Shown piece by piece: positions 35,621 through 48,782 of a stretch of 64,000 bases of DNA. The position numbers were made by a program, and so were the translations under genes. The number at the start of each line of letters is the position of its first letter. Position 1 is the stretch's first letter. The notes below the pieces were generated by a model. The model made no database searches. It worked only from the letters and a program-made list of their open reading frames with translations, and had not been told where the DNA came from. The DNA is from Octopus sinensis (taxonomy: Eukaryota), in the NCBI RefSeq assembly GCF_006345805.1, contig NC_042997.1:91698001-91762000 (forward strand), given 5' to 3'.

Positions 35621-38453
35621 CTGAAAGAAGAAAACACAACATATATCAATAATAATTCCTGATTTAGACAAAACGTCAGCTATTTAGAGCGAAGTTGGGT
35701 TAGTCGATTCCATCGAGCCCCGTACTATATGAACTGCATATTGAAATCGACCTGTAATTCCGGTTTGACGACAATGTACCGCTTACGTTACATGTTAAAC
35801 TAAACATTGATTTATTTATCATTTGGCACAACAGCCAAATACTTTAGAGGACAAGTGAGATAGAATATAATGATTTCATGCCTCACCCTTTTCCAACATC
35901 CTTCGCTTATCTGGATTATCAACCAACACCTTCAAAATAATCTCAGTTTATTAAATGGAACAAAATATTGATTTATTTTTCTGTACAATACTAACATTTG
36001 TACGGGACAGAATGACCCTCGACCATACAGTGCTTATATTAAAAAAGCCCAAAAGGATGAATAGTAATATTTGATCCGGCAGGATTTTAATATAACACAT
36101 CAAGGAACGAAGTCAAACACTGGAAGGCATCAAACCTGACTATCTTTTTGCTAACATTATGGCCTTAAACATAGAATATTGAACACTATCATCTGTAAAC
36201 TGGTTGCTGTCAGTCTCAAGTTTTACTGTGTTTGCTTTTCTGTATCCAAGGTGCAGTTGAAAAAATGTAAACAACTTTTTAAGTCAAGGACATTAAACGA
36301 AAGTTGGCACAGTTTGTAACTTACTCATCACTATTTTCACAACCATCATTCATCCGGTCTGAGGTCGAATGATTTTGATTTAACATTTACAATCATCATC
36401 ATCGTCATTACCATAACCACGATTTTCAAATTTCGTTTTTTGCATTTCTTGCAATAAATTCATGCAATTGGTCCTATAATATTTGATAATATTTTTTATA
36501 TTCGTTTCACCAGACCTATTCTATATTAACAAAAATATTATTGAAATTAACGCCATTAAACCTTTCAGACACAACCTTAAACGTTATTGAAACTTATTCC
36601 TCTATAATTGATACTAGTCCCTACAGACCTGCCACTTAATACGAAAGACGTGATCAAAATAGTTATCACTAGATATGTTACATATCAATGTAACACCTTT
36701 TAAAACTCATCTCATAAATCCTGTCAACAGCACTATCATATGTAAGCACATGTACATTGATCCACCTGTACATCACATGCAGATCTTATCTCAGTTTTCT
36801 ATATTAATATTCAAACCAGATATATACCTAACAGCAACTAACTTGCATACGGAAAAACAATCAAATGTGAATTCTAGCGCAGGAAATTATCTGATGGGTC
36901 AACGAAGAAAGCTAGCATGTAGTCAGGGACTCCTTAAATTGGTGAATACCAGGGATTTATTTTTTTTGGATACTTTTGAATTTATCGTATTTTTCAGAGA
37001 GAAAAGCGCTATTAAATTCCCGTAATAAGTCTCAAAAAATTATCATACATACTATAGGACGAAAGTTATAATCTTTTAGGACACACAATTAACTTTATAA
37101 GAGGAGTATCTATGTTAGTCTTACAGTGTGTCTGTCTACAGAAGTAAAGGAATAAATGCAGACTATAAATGATCAGGATCTATATATCAATAAGCTATTA
37201 ATGAACTATCTTGAAAAGGTATTTGAAAGTACTGAAAGCTTGTTTATATATCTCTATATTATAAATCTGAAATGCGAAAAGTTGTTTGTTTGTCTGGTTT
37301 TGGCATTGAGAACGGGTTTATTATGAGAAAGGCCACTAGATCCCGTCGGATTGACTCCAAAATTTACAGGGACATGTAAAATGAGGTGAGGATGTTAGTG
37401 GGTTAGGTTAGGAATCCCCATCTCAAAAGGTGTCGTTGCTAGGGCCAAAAACTCACTTTGACAAGTCTACTCTCATTCTTTTATGTATCTGTCTTCCTCC
37501 GTCACTCACTCTCTTTCCTCCCTTCCCATCACTTTCTATATATAACGTCGTTTCACGGCGTCTAACTCCTTTACCTTCACTTTCTCTTTATAACGTCGTG
37601 TCACGGCGTTCTATATCTCCCCCTCCCCGCCTTCGACAGTGCTTTCACACACTCTCTCTCTCTCTACGTCTGTCTGCATTCATAGAGAGAATTATCATCG
37701 CCACCACCATCACACAATCATGAGAACAAATATTATGAATCAGATATTTATTGGGTTAATTTATATATATATATATGTGTGTGTGTGTGTTCTATTTATA
37801 AATATGTATATATAATGTATATATCTGTATTTATGTATATTAAGCTTTTTAATACTTTTAGATAGTTATATATATTTTGAAAAAATTATAAATATAAATT
37901 AATAATTTTAATTTTAAATTTAAATAATTTAAATTTTTCAATTTTATATTTTATATATTTTGTATATTATATTTTCATTTTTATGTTTTGGTTTATGTTT
38001 TTCACTGTTTGATTTGCCTATTAGTGGTTTTATCTCTAATTTAATTTATACATATATATTTATAATTTGTATACATTTGTATATATAATGCGTGCACACA
38101 CACACACACACACATATACATATACATATATATATATATAACACTTTGACCGGTGTCTGGGAAGCCAGGAGGCTGCACCAGGCTCCAATTTGATCTACAG
38201 GTGGATGCCCTTCCTAACGCCAACCAATCTGTGAGTGTAGTGGGTGCTTTTTTCGTGTCGCCGGCACAGGTGCCAGGGGGGCTGGCAGCGGCCACGATCG
38301 GTTGGTGCTTTTTACGTGCCACCGGCACAGAAGCCAGTCGAGACGGCGCTGCAATCGGCTATGTTCGGATGGTGCTTTTTACGTGCTGAAAGGAAGCAAC
38401 AGAAAGTAACAACCACACTCTTACCCGCGCGTAGAGCGGGTCACTTTAAGCTA

Positions 38454-38502
<49 letters not shown>

Positions 38503-38506
<4 letters not shown>

Positions 38507-39210
38507 ACTTATACAACTTTCAGCACAACGTATTTCTGTAGTGGGTATATAATAATATGTGGAAATTGACGATTTAAAAGTCTGTTATCAGCATATTGGC
38601 ATAGAAATAATTTTCTTTTGCCATTGTTTATAATTTTAACCTTTAAAGGTATTTTAATATGCTGCCACTTTTTTGATAAAATTTTGTTCTGTAAAAAAAC
38701 TTCATCCTATATTAGTTGTAGATTTATTACTATTCGCTATAGGTACTGGTAACCACTATAAGCTGTGGTGAAGAACAGTTCACACGTGTGCTGAGGCTAG
38801 CCAAAGGATTTTATATTTAGATATATCTGGGGTACTTATGTGTACACATGACTTTTGCTTCGGCTTTTTTTTCCATGGGCGCATATAAGTATTTCATTTA
38901 TTTCTATTCGTATTTTCTACTGAAGAGGAAAAAATCTCTGAGATTAATTCCGAAATTGATTCAATATAGAAATAACGAACCTTTTTAAAAAATTCTTTTG
39001 GCTAGTTTTTCTTGATTTCAGCACAACGTATTTCTGTAGTGGGCATATAATAATATGTGGAAATTGACGATTTAAAAGTCTGTTATCAGCATATTGGCAT
39101 AGAAATAATTTTCTTTTGCCCTTGTTTATAATTTTAACCTTTAAAGGTATTTTAATATGCTGCCACTTTTTTGATGAAATTTTTTCCTGCAAAAAAACTT
39201 CATCCTATAG
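38503..39210 (+). mobile_element. Second retrozyme-like element: about 1.4 copies of a 498-bp unit between (TA)n tracts
   Basis: 38521-38710 recurs at 39019-39208 (about 6 substitutions by eye). It contains a complete HHR, has (TA)n on both sides, and shows no visible similarity to the 534-bp unit outside the ribozyme core. Confidence 0.7.
38907..38979 (+). ncRNA. Type I hammerhead ribozyme (predicted cleavage after A38966, AUA triplet)
   Basis: Stem I TTTCTA/TAGAAA, a 2x2 loop, then TTCGT/ACGAA. CTGAAGA at 38920-38926. Stem II GGAA/TTCC with inner AATCT/AGATT. GAAA at 38952-38955. Stem III ATTG/CAAT. Confidence 0.85.
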
Positions 39211-39218
39211 TAGTAGTA

Positions 39219-39295
<77 letters not shown>

Positions 39296-40289
39296 TTGGG
39301 ATGCGTCTTCCAGGCTGGAGCATCTCCGACGTCGGTAAATACAGTAATGTTTCACGATATCTTTGCTTTAGGTGAATATCTATATATAGTGTTTTTAGAA
39401 GTGTTTTTATTATAAACACACACACACACACACACACTATCGTTCGTAAAGGCTGATATGGATGTCCAGTGAAACGGGTAGGAATTTTATGGAAGATATT
39501 ATTACTTCATAGTAAGCTCTCAATTCTGGCTCTAATAATATATTTTAATATGCGATGCTAAGTACAGAGATAACAGCCTTACTTTCGGAGGAAAATTTAC
39601 TACTACAGTATATGTTAAAAATAAGTCTAAATATCTTACTTCTTTACAGGAGAGTAGCGTTTGAGAAATAGGGAAAATATAGTATTTCCTTTTGTGATTC
39701 GACACTTAAATTTCAGATCCAAACGGAATAGATTTCGCTATTAATTCTAGGATGAAAAGTGGAAGTTAATTCAATCAAATATACTCTTCTATAAATTTGT
39801 GGTTTAGTATCAGTTAAAAAATTTCTTATTTTGCTGTGAAAGTAACAGAACTATAAGACAAAATGATAAGAGCATAAACCACAGTATTGCCTTTTTAACA
39901 TAAACTAATTCATCATTCATTCTGTAACTGTTCTCTTGTCTTTTCTTGACTGAATATATTGGTATTCTGTTCGAAGGATACTTTACAAAGTTGACAATAA
40001 ATCTTTCAGCGTACTTGCAGGGATACACTATACTGCAAATGGACTGTTATATCAAATTGAATTCGATATGTGTAAAAATATTTAAATATTTATGATATTT
40101 TATGGTGTGGTTGTGTTGGATTAAGCGATAGCACAATATTGCTGTAGCCCCTATGTTAGAGACAAGGTAACCAAATAGATGAAGTATCAAACTACCTGCT
40201 CTTAAGTTGTGGGCTCAAATCCTGTACAGATATTTCATTGTTTCTAAGCTGAGCATTTTATTCTCTCCATTGCTCCGTTAAACCAACCG

Positions 40290-40642
40290 TCAGAAATCGG
40301 TTACGACGATGATGGTTCCAGTTGATCCGATGAACGGAACAGCCTGCTCGTAAAGTTAACGTGCAAGTGGTTAAGCACTCCACAGACACGTGTACCCTTA
40401 ACGTGATTCTCGAGGAGATTCAGCATGACATAGAGTGTGACAAGGTTGGCCCTTCGAAATACAGGTACTGTAGAAACAGGAAGAAAGAGTGAGAGAAAGT
40501 TGTGGTGAAAGAATACAGCAGGGTTCGCCTCTCCCCCGCTTCCGGAGCCTCGTGGAGCTGTTATGTGTTTTCGCTCAATAAGCACTCACACGTCTGGGAA
40601 TCGAAACCGCGATCCTGCGACCGCGAGTCCGCTGCTCTAACC
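40290..40642 (-). mobile_element. tRNA-headed SINE (further family); related decayed SINE at about 24600-24842
   Basis: The minus strand starts GGAGATGCAATGACCCAGTGGTTAGAGCAGCGGACTCGCGGTCGCAGGATCGCGGTTTCGATTCCCAG (A and B boxes). Confidence 0.6.
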
Positions 40643-41146
40643 ACTGGGTCATTGCATCTCCACTATTTTACTATAGAAGAGGATAGCAAAAACTACAAAA
40701 ATGCAGATATGAGAAATACATCTATTTACGTCCGAGTTCGAATTCCTTCAAGGCTAACTTTGCCTTTTATCCTTTTGGGCGTCTATAATATAAATACCAA
40801 TCAATTGTTAGGTCCATTTTCCACTAAATCTGTCTCCAAAATTTGAGGCCCTGCATTTATGTTGAAAATCAATATTTTAGCTTCAATATGCCCTAGCCAT
40901 ATCTTTCACTCTTTTCTACTTACACTCTTTACTTACAATATTGTGCGTTATCTGAGAGAGTTTACGTACATCATTCCTAAGACAGAATGTTATAGATTTT
41001 GACAGAACCAGATGTACGTTTAACTATACAAATCAACAGCTTTACTAATAATTATACGCACTAGTCATAACTTATAAACAGGAAAAGAAGCTTGTACCTC
41101 ATATACTCTTCAGTGCATTGATACAAAAAATAAAATTATAACCAAC

Positions 41147-41237
41147 CTGTTGTGTTGATTGGTAGCTATTAAGCCGGAAACGATTGGCTCCACGTTTTGC
41201 TCTCGTATGAACCCCTTCCATATCTTCTTTGATTAAC
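41147..41237 (-). CDS. M14A carboxypeptidase exon C (end of prodomain, start of mature enzyme): LIKEDMEGVHTRAKRGANRFRLNSYQSTQQ
   Basis: Acceptor aaattccag|G and donor CAG|gttggt. 91 nt. The phase matches exon B (AA|G = Lys) and exon D. Confidence 0.88.
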
Positions 41238-41594
41238 CTGGAATTTATCAACAGAACCCCATAGCGCAATGTTATAAATATTATAAACGAAGTACTGAAG
41301 TTTAAGGAACATTAAAACAATTTTAACGAATAATCACAAAATTAAATTGCTACACCAGTATGCCATGGCTATATTATTTATAGGTTGCAGACCAAAGCAA
41401 AGTGAATGGCGCCGGCATACTTATATACAGTATATATTATGTATGTGCAATAATATTTGTTATGGTCTGGATGCTATCAGAGGACAAGATTTATGACGTT
41501 TTTACGACATACAAATGTTATTCACTCTCCACTTTAAATGTTCACACTGCATACAACTTACATAGACGCATTTTACATATACAAAAAATGCATA

Positions 41595-42501
41595 CGAGGT
41601 GGTATCAAAAGGTTCCTGGACTACTTATATTTAATAAAAAAATAACTTATTTACCAAAGTTTTAACATCATCTCCTTCGAAACATAGTCACATTGCACGA
41701 CAATACACCGGTCCCAGCGTTCCTACCACATTTAGAATCCAGTCTGGAAGTAGTTTTTCGTAAGCGAGTCAACTATCTTCTGATATTCGCTGTGGATCTC
41801 GGCAGCGGTGTTAAAACGGCAATCTTTGAGCTGCATTTTTATCTTGGGGAAGAGATGTAAGTCTGCAGATGCTAAATCTGGCAACTAGGGTCGGTGCGAA
41901 AGCGATACCATGGTTTTGGCGAGAAACACAAGTGAGGAAAGCTTGGTGACAGGGTGCATTATCGTCGCGAAGAATCCAATTCTTCGCAAACGTTAGGATT
42001 GTTTGTGCGGACCCATACGACAGACCAACAACATCAGCAATGTCGTTGGTTGTACTCCGGCCATCCTCATGCACTAACTGATGAAATTTCTCCACACACC
42101 GGGGGTGAAACTTGTGGCAGGTCTTCCAGGTCGCCTATCGTTTTCCAGGGACGTTCTTTCGCGTTTGAAGCGCCATTCGAAACATTGCGTACGACCCATT
42201 GCCTCGTTGCTGCAAGCTTACCGAAACATGCTCAATGCCTCTGTTGCAGACTTCCCAAGTTTAACGCATAATTTCACGTTGGCTTTTTGTTCCAACTTCC
42301 TGTCCATGACAGAATCACAGACAACAGCATATTTCTGATCACAAAAACACAAATTTCACAACTTGCAAAGTAAACACAGGAATGTCACTCAGCACACAGT
42401 CTCATGAAAGTCACTGCTAGCTCTCACTACGCGCGCAACCGTGTGCTGCCATCTGTTGGCATGCTACAGAACTAGTCTAGGAAACTTTTGATACCACCTC
42501 G
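41595..42501 (-). mobile_element. Internally deleted mariner element (907 bp) with TIRs and TA target duplication
   Basis: TA|CGAGGTGGTATCAAAAGG...AAACTTTTGATACCACCTCG|TA. The minus strand encodes MDRKLEQKANVKLCVKLGKSATE, ..LSYGSAQTILT and ..ILRDDNAPCH. Confidence 0.9.
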
Positions 42502-42680
42502 TATATGTCTTTTATCGTTTACTTGCTTCAGTCATTAGATTGCGACTAAGCTGGGGAACCACCTTGAAGAACTTCAGTTGAACGAATCTTTCCTAGTACT
42601 TATTTTTTAAAAACCTGGTACTTATTCTATCGTTTTCTTTTGCCGAACTACACACCAGCACCAGTTATTAAGCGGTGGGG

Positions 42681-42754
<74 letters not shown>

Positions 42755-42904
42755 TGGGCATCGTTCAGTTTCTGTCAACCGAATCTATTAACTAGACATT
42801 GGTCGATCCGAGGCTATAGTAGAAGACACATGGCCAAGGTGTCACAAAGCGGGACTGAACCCTGACAAACTGCCTGTAATGTATCCAATGTAGTGTACAT
42901 TAAT

Positions 42905-43480
42905 AATACTTCTAGAACGTGTAGTTTCCTGGATGGAGTACAATATGGATCAGTCCTCTTAACTACCTTTTTCAAACTCTACCATACATGAACATCCTAC
43001 ACCTCTACAAAGTGTACGAACATCGTCATATGCAGATGATCGCAAGTATTACATTTAGTCAAGGAAAACAAAACAAAAAACCAAAACAAACAAAAAACAA
43101 AACAAACAAAATATAACTATAATACCTTTAGTGCATCTTGAACTATGCAAGTGCTAACTTGTCTCTCAATCTCTCTGCAACAAACCACAATAAACTGCAT
43201 AGAATATATACACAAATTACACACAGATCTTTTACGCAACAAGACAAAAACAATGATAACAATGATAACAAAAAAAAATGATCTGTACATGAAATCCCAA
43301 TCATTACATGAAAGTCACCTCAAAGCACGCAGGTCCATATACAAAGGCTTTCTAAAAATACTATATCCCAGGACTAGCATAGGGATCACATGCACACAAC
43401 AGTACACTTCAACGTGTAATAACTTGACTGGAATGAATACTGCCAACAAAAGGTTCGGAGAAATAGCATTAGTCGAACAC
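42905..43480 (+). mobile_element. Highly decayed LINE reverse-transcriptase fragment
   Basis: Contains GVQYGSVL (GVPQGSVL-like) and YADD-like codons, plus a C-terminal RT-like region. Confidence 0.4.
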
Positions 43481-43788
43481 TAGACGAAACCTCTTTCGAC
43501 TCCGTTGCATATGCACAGAAGTAGAATGTAGAGAGGAGTCGATGTAGTGTCTCCAAACTCTTACACTGCACTACATGTCTTTCATTTGTGCATGTCGGAG
43601 TGGACATTATTGTTATCAACTAGAGGTATAATATAAGTAAGAAATAATATAAGTAAGAAATGTAGGCCGCATTTGATCGTTCGACAGACACCCTCCGTGT
43701 TACAGGAATGCTTGATTACAAGAACAACTTGAGCTATCATCCTTACATCATACATTTTGCGTACATAGCTCACATACAACCTATTATA

Positions 43789-44007
43789 CAGTAATCCCTC
43801 GACTATCGCGGGTGTTACGTTCCCAAAACCCCGCAATAGGTGAAAATCTGCGAAGTAGAAACAGTACTGTATGTCTATTTTATTATTATTTTTATAATTT
43901 GTATATATTTATTTTATTATAAATGCAAAACAATACTATGGAGGAATGGACGTAAGCTTAAATAATAAACTGCAATAGGTGAACCGCGATATGGCAAGGG
44001 ATTACTG
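43789..44007. mobile_element. Tigger/pogo-like MITE (219 bp), TA target duplication
   Basis: TA|CAGTAATCCCTCGACTATCGCGG ... CCGCGATATGGCAAGGGATTACTG|TA. Confidence 0.8.
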
Positions 44008-44045
44008 TACACACTACGTATACAACCTGCACACACACGCGCACG

Positions 44046-44087
<42 letters not shown>

Positions 44088-47057
44088 TACACACACACGC
44101 ATACACACACACAGAACCCCCACCACTATCCATCCATATTCTGTTCATGTCACAGATACAACCCATACACAAAATATACAATCAACAGCACCCGGTAAAC
44201 ACTGCACCCACACGACATTTCCATCCTTCATATACTGCTCTTCCCCCACACACATAACAACCCTCGCTCTGCAAACAAGTTGCCAACACACGGTACATAC
44301 GCACTACATGCACCTAAGAAAATTTATCTGTGTAAGGCAGATGTAAAAAGCTAACACAACACCCAAATGTCGTGACTCAAAGTGTCATATTGCAATGGAG
44401 AAGAAAGATGTTGTTTATATTAAAAAAATATAATGTTCTTTTTGACCTCTTTAAAATAAATTTTATTTTTTTAGCAGCAAAACTGCTATATTTAGCTATA
44501 AGTGTTACTGGAGGTTGTTAATATTGTTGTAACTGTTGCTGCATCTGTCGGTTAACTCTATGTCAGCCTTGGTACTTATGATCAAAAGCATTCCGGTCAC
44601 AACCATGCAGCCGTTTTTTCCTATTTCCCGGGAACCTAATAAGCACATCCGTCGTTGTCCATTTTTAAAGATAGTATAGTGTCATTGTGGCATTTACTTG
44701 TTTAATGAAAATTTAATCTCATGCATTACCTTGATGTTTAAGAATATACTTTTCCTTCTTAATGATCTTTTTCGTTTTTTAAAATAATTTTGAATAATCT
44801 TTCCTGGATATTCAATTCGTTCAGAGGTTTATTATTGCTTGCAGACAGTTTTTCGAAATCAGTGACGAAAAGTTACTGGAAAAACGATAAAAGAATTTGC
44901 ATTGGGACATCCCTTCATCGAAAACCGGTGATTGTCGTACGCCGACGACAGGTCAATACCTAGAAACTGCAGTCCGTGCGTATCACTTAGGTTGACGAGG
45001 GAGGGATCCCCTCCCTTTGCAAATACCATAAGGGCACAGAAAGTGTGCCTAAAGCCAGCTGGAGACGATGTTCTCCTGGGGCTACAAGCTACAGTAACAC
45101 CCACCCTTAGTGGTTAGCCATATTGAGATGGCAAGTATACCCCAATAATTAGACAGTAACAATGAATTGTTTTTAACCTGTTGAAAGTAACGAAAGCTTC
45201 CATGATAATAAGCTTGTGTGAAGTGTATGTGTGTTTTACGTGTGTATTTCCTGTCTCAAAATTCATTCAGGGTCACTTAAATGTATAATGAGCTGAACAG
45301 TATTGGTCATCTGGAATTATCTAAACAATTAATAGACGAAAACTTTAGGGGCAGATTGGGTTCAAAATTTAAAAAAATAAAATAAACAATATTTTCAGAT
45401 GGTCAAATTTTGGGGGCAATATAGATACTGTAAACTAGAGTGGATCTGGGTTTTTTTAAAGAATTCTGCTGAAAGTAGCGGACGTGTTTCGATCATATCA
45501 AAGGAATGTTTGTGTGCTAATTACTTGGATAATCTACGGTGATCAAAGATTTTCAATCCACTAAATTACATATGTGAGAATCTATTTTATTTATATTTAA
45601 TTATAGTATGTACCCCTGAAGTATTTTCCTTCATTCATATTATTCAAGGTCAGCACATCCGGGGGAAGGGGTAAGTCGATTACATCGACCCTCAGTATAC
45701 TTATTTTATTGACCCCAAAAGGATGTAAACCAAAGTCGATCCCGGCGAATGTTGTATTCAGAAAGTAGCGCCGGACGAAATTCCGGTAAGCATTTTGCCC
45801 GGCTTGCTTAGCGATTCTGCCAGCTCGATACCTTCCTTAGTTATATTATTGATATTCATAATCAGCATCCCTACATTCCTATATATATATTCACACACAC
45901 ACACACATACACAAATGTATGTTTGTATGTGTGTATGTACATGTGAACAGACGTTTTATTTGGTATCGAATATCTTCTGTTTTGCTTCTTTCTTTTTCTT
46001 TTCTTTGTTTTTTTTTTGTTTTGTTTTGATAAAAGGGTTTATTACCCAAAACGTCACATTGTTTTCTGCTCCTTCGCTTGGCGTACTGAGCTTTACTGTA
46101 CTTTTCATCGTCTGTTGCTTCTTTCGTCTTACGCTTTTAATGCACGTGATTTTGCTTTTCAATCTCCCCGAGGTATCATTTGCTTTCACTTTACCACTAA
46201 TTATACTCTCGTTATTCGTGACTTTTTCGTACTTCGCCCCCACCCCAGATATTGATTAACTATAGTGAGTAGACTATACTTAGATGAGAAGAAGGCGGCG
46301 AGCTGGCTGAATCGTTAGCGCGCCGGGCCAAATGCGTAGCCGTATTTCGTCTGCCGCTACGTTCTGAGTTCAAATTCCGTCGAGGCTGACTTTGCCTTTC
46401 ATCATTTCGGGGTCGATTCAATAAGTACCAGTTACGCACTGGGGTCGATATAATCAACTTAATCCGTTTGTGTGTCCTTGTTTGTCTCCTTTATGTTTAG
46501 CCCCTTGTGGGCAATAAAGAAATATATACTTAGATGAGAAGTGTAATAAGATTGAAACATGTTTGTTGCTTTCCTCGGTTTTAACAAAATCCCTTTGAAT
46601 CAGCATCGTTCATATTATGTAAAAATTGCCACCAACTTATTAGAGTAGTTTTTTTTTTTTTTAGATTTTAAACACACCTTGAAGGAATTTTATTGATAAT
46701 CTGAGTTTATCGAAGGTTTCAACTTACTACGTTACATATATGTGACCTAGCCTTTTACCTTTTACTTGCTTCAATCATTGGGCTGCAACCATGCTTGGGC
46801 ACCGCCTTGAAAGATCTTAGTCGAACGAATCGACTCAAGTACTTAAAGCCTGGTATTTATTTTTATTTTTCACATTTGCTGAACCGCTAAGTTACGAGGA
46901 CATAAACAAACCAACACCGGTTGTTAAGCGGTGGTGGGGGTACAAACACAGACACACACACACAAACACACACACACATACATGCACGCACGCACACACG
47001 TAACACATGCACACTCATTTGAATAATATGTATGTATATGTATTTATATATGCCCTG

Positions 47058-47167
<110 letters not shown>

Positions 47168-47577
47168 GCAAATATATATATAAATGCGTACATACACATA
47201 CATACGCATGCATTCATACATACATACATATATAATACATACATATATACGCAGGGTGGCGATTTATATTTCAAACTTCCTAACAATTTTAGTTTAGAGT
47301 CTATAAGAATCAGTTTTTCGAGCATTTTAATGCAGTCTAATGCACAGGATTGTAGAAGGTTGTGATTTACATTACGAATAGAGACATGCACTGCAGACAT
47401 AAACTTCTGTTTTTATTTGTAATTAAAGCAGTTTTACATCGACATTTAGTGATATTCTTTTATCGTTTTCACTGCAGCATCACAAACAGCAATAAATCAG
47501 AAGTTATCATTTTATGGAGGACCCATCTTTATAAGAACAATAAAAATGAAAGAAATAAGCCCTATGGAATTACTTAC

Positions 47578-47714
47578 TTATCTACGTCATCAATGAGGAT
47601 GTTGAATGGAGTTTTTGTTTCGTCCAATGCAATTTTCACGATTCGCCTTTGTTCTGGGCTTACCCGTATATGAAAGCTGTCGTCAAACTCTGTTGGTAAC
47701 TTCCAGAAATCCAG
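47578..47714 (-). CDS. M14A carboxypeptidase prodomain exon B: LDFWKLPTEFDDSFHIRVSPEQRRIVKIALDETKTPFNILIDDVD(K)
   Basis: Acceptor tttaccag|CTG and donor AA|gtaagt. 137 nt. Contains LDFW, xxIxVSP and ILIDDV, motifs typical of the M14A propeptide. Confidence 0.92.
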
Positions 47715-47888
47715 CTGGTAAATATATAATTGCACATTTTCATTACATTTAATAACTTGAAATAATTTTCTACATCGTGATATTACATTTCTAAATGCTA
47801 TTCCTATTTCTGTGCTTCGCTACGAGAAAATTGAGAAAATGCCGGAAAAGTGACACTTTGACACCGATGTAGCGTAAAAGTCACAAGT

Positions 47889-47919
<31 letters not shown>

Positions 47920-47938
47920 TTATTTATTTTATAGAAGG

Positions 47939-47989
47939 AGCTTCTACAGGACTAGAACTGTTTCATTCAAAAGAAATCATCAGGAAGCT
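47939..47989 (-). ncRNA. Mirror-image type I hammerhead-like motif in the left arm of the palindrome
   Basis: Exact reverse complement of 47986-48036. Confidence 0.7.
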
Positions 47990-48036
47990 TCCTGATGATT
48001 TCTTTTGAATGAAACAGTTCTAGTCCTGTAGAAGCT
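47986..48036 (+). ncRNA. Type I hammerhead-like motif in the right arm of the palindrome (GUA triplet, cleavage after 48030)
   Basis: Stem I AGCTTC/GAAGCT. CTGATGA at 47992-47998. Stem II TTC-TTTT-GAA closed by a non-canonical U.U at 10.1/11.1. GAAA. Stem III ACAG/CTGT. Confidence 0.7.
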
Positions 48037-48135
48037 CCTTCTATAAAATAAATTAATTTACTCTGCTATGTATTGAGTACCTTATTTACTGTGGTTAACC
48101 CCGACTCAACCCGGGACCTACATATATATATATAT

Positions 48136-48782
48136 TTATCGAGGCATCACCCCGGTCAGGTTGATTGCCCAGGCTAGCCTGACTACTTCTCTCCATCCCT
48201 CCTGATTTTCCATTAGTGTTTTTAGGTCATCAACTTGGCATCCAACTTCTTCTGCAAGCTGTTGTATAAACGCCTTCAGTGATCTTCCAGTTGCTTTGGT
48301 ACCATGATTTGGTGTCCACAACAACACGTTAATCACAAGTTCTTTTCTTCTCCAGTAGTAGCCGCAAACTTCAATCTCCGCACTTGGGTGGTGGATGAAA
48401 AAGTTGGTACATTCCCATATAGCCGTTGTTTTATTGGGTGCTCCCGCCAAGAGATGTTGAGCACTGCACGTAACATTCTGGTGTAGGCACCGTCCAGCAT
48501 GCACTTGAGTCTCTTGGTGAGCATCCAAGTCGGAGATCCATATACAAGCACAGATTCAACAACTGCTCTGAAGAACTGTCTCTTCAAATTATCTGGTAGG
48601 GATGACTTCCATAGTGTTCTAAGACCGTCTATAGCTACCCAAGCCTTAGCAACGCGAGATTTAATATCTTTTTCTGTGGACACGATTTTTCTGCCTAGGT
48701 GAGTAAACTCGTAAACTTTTTCCAAGGGCTTCTGTTTGATGGTCCTGGTTTCACCTGTTGTGTTCAGACACAAGTAAGTCAT
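48136..48782 (-). mobile_element. RTE/RTEX-type LINE 3' fragment
   Basis: Translates as EFTHLG..STEKDIKSRVAKAW..FFRAVVESVLVYGSPTW..LDGAYTRMLRAVLNISW. Confidence 0.85.

Larger units (their letters stand above)
47922..48053. repeat. Perfect 132-bp palindrome (66-bp arms, no spacer, centre 47987/47988)
   Basis: Base-by-base complementarity from the central CAGGAAG|CTTCCTG out to 47922/48053. Confidence 0.95.
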
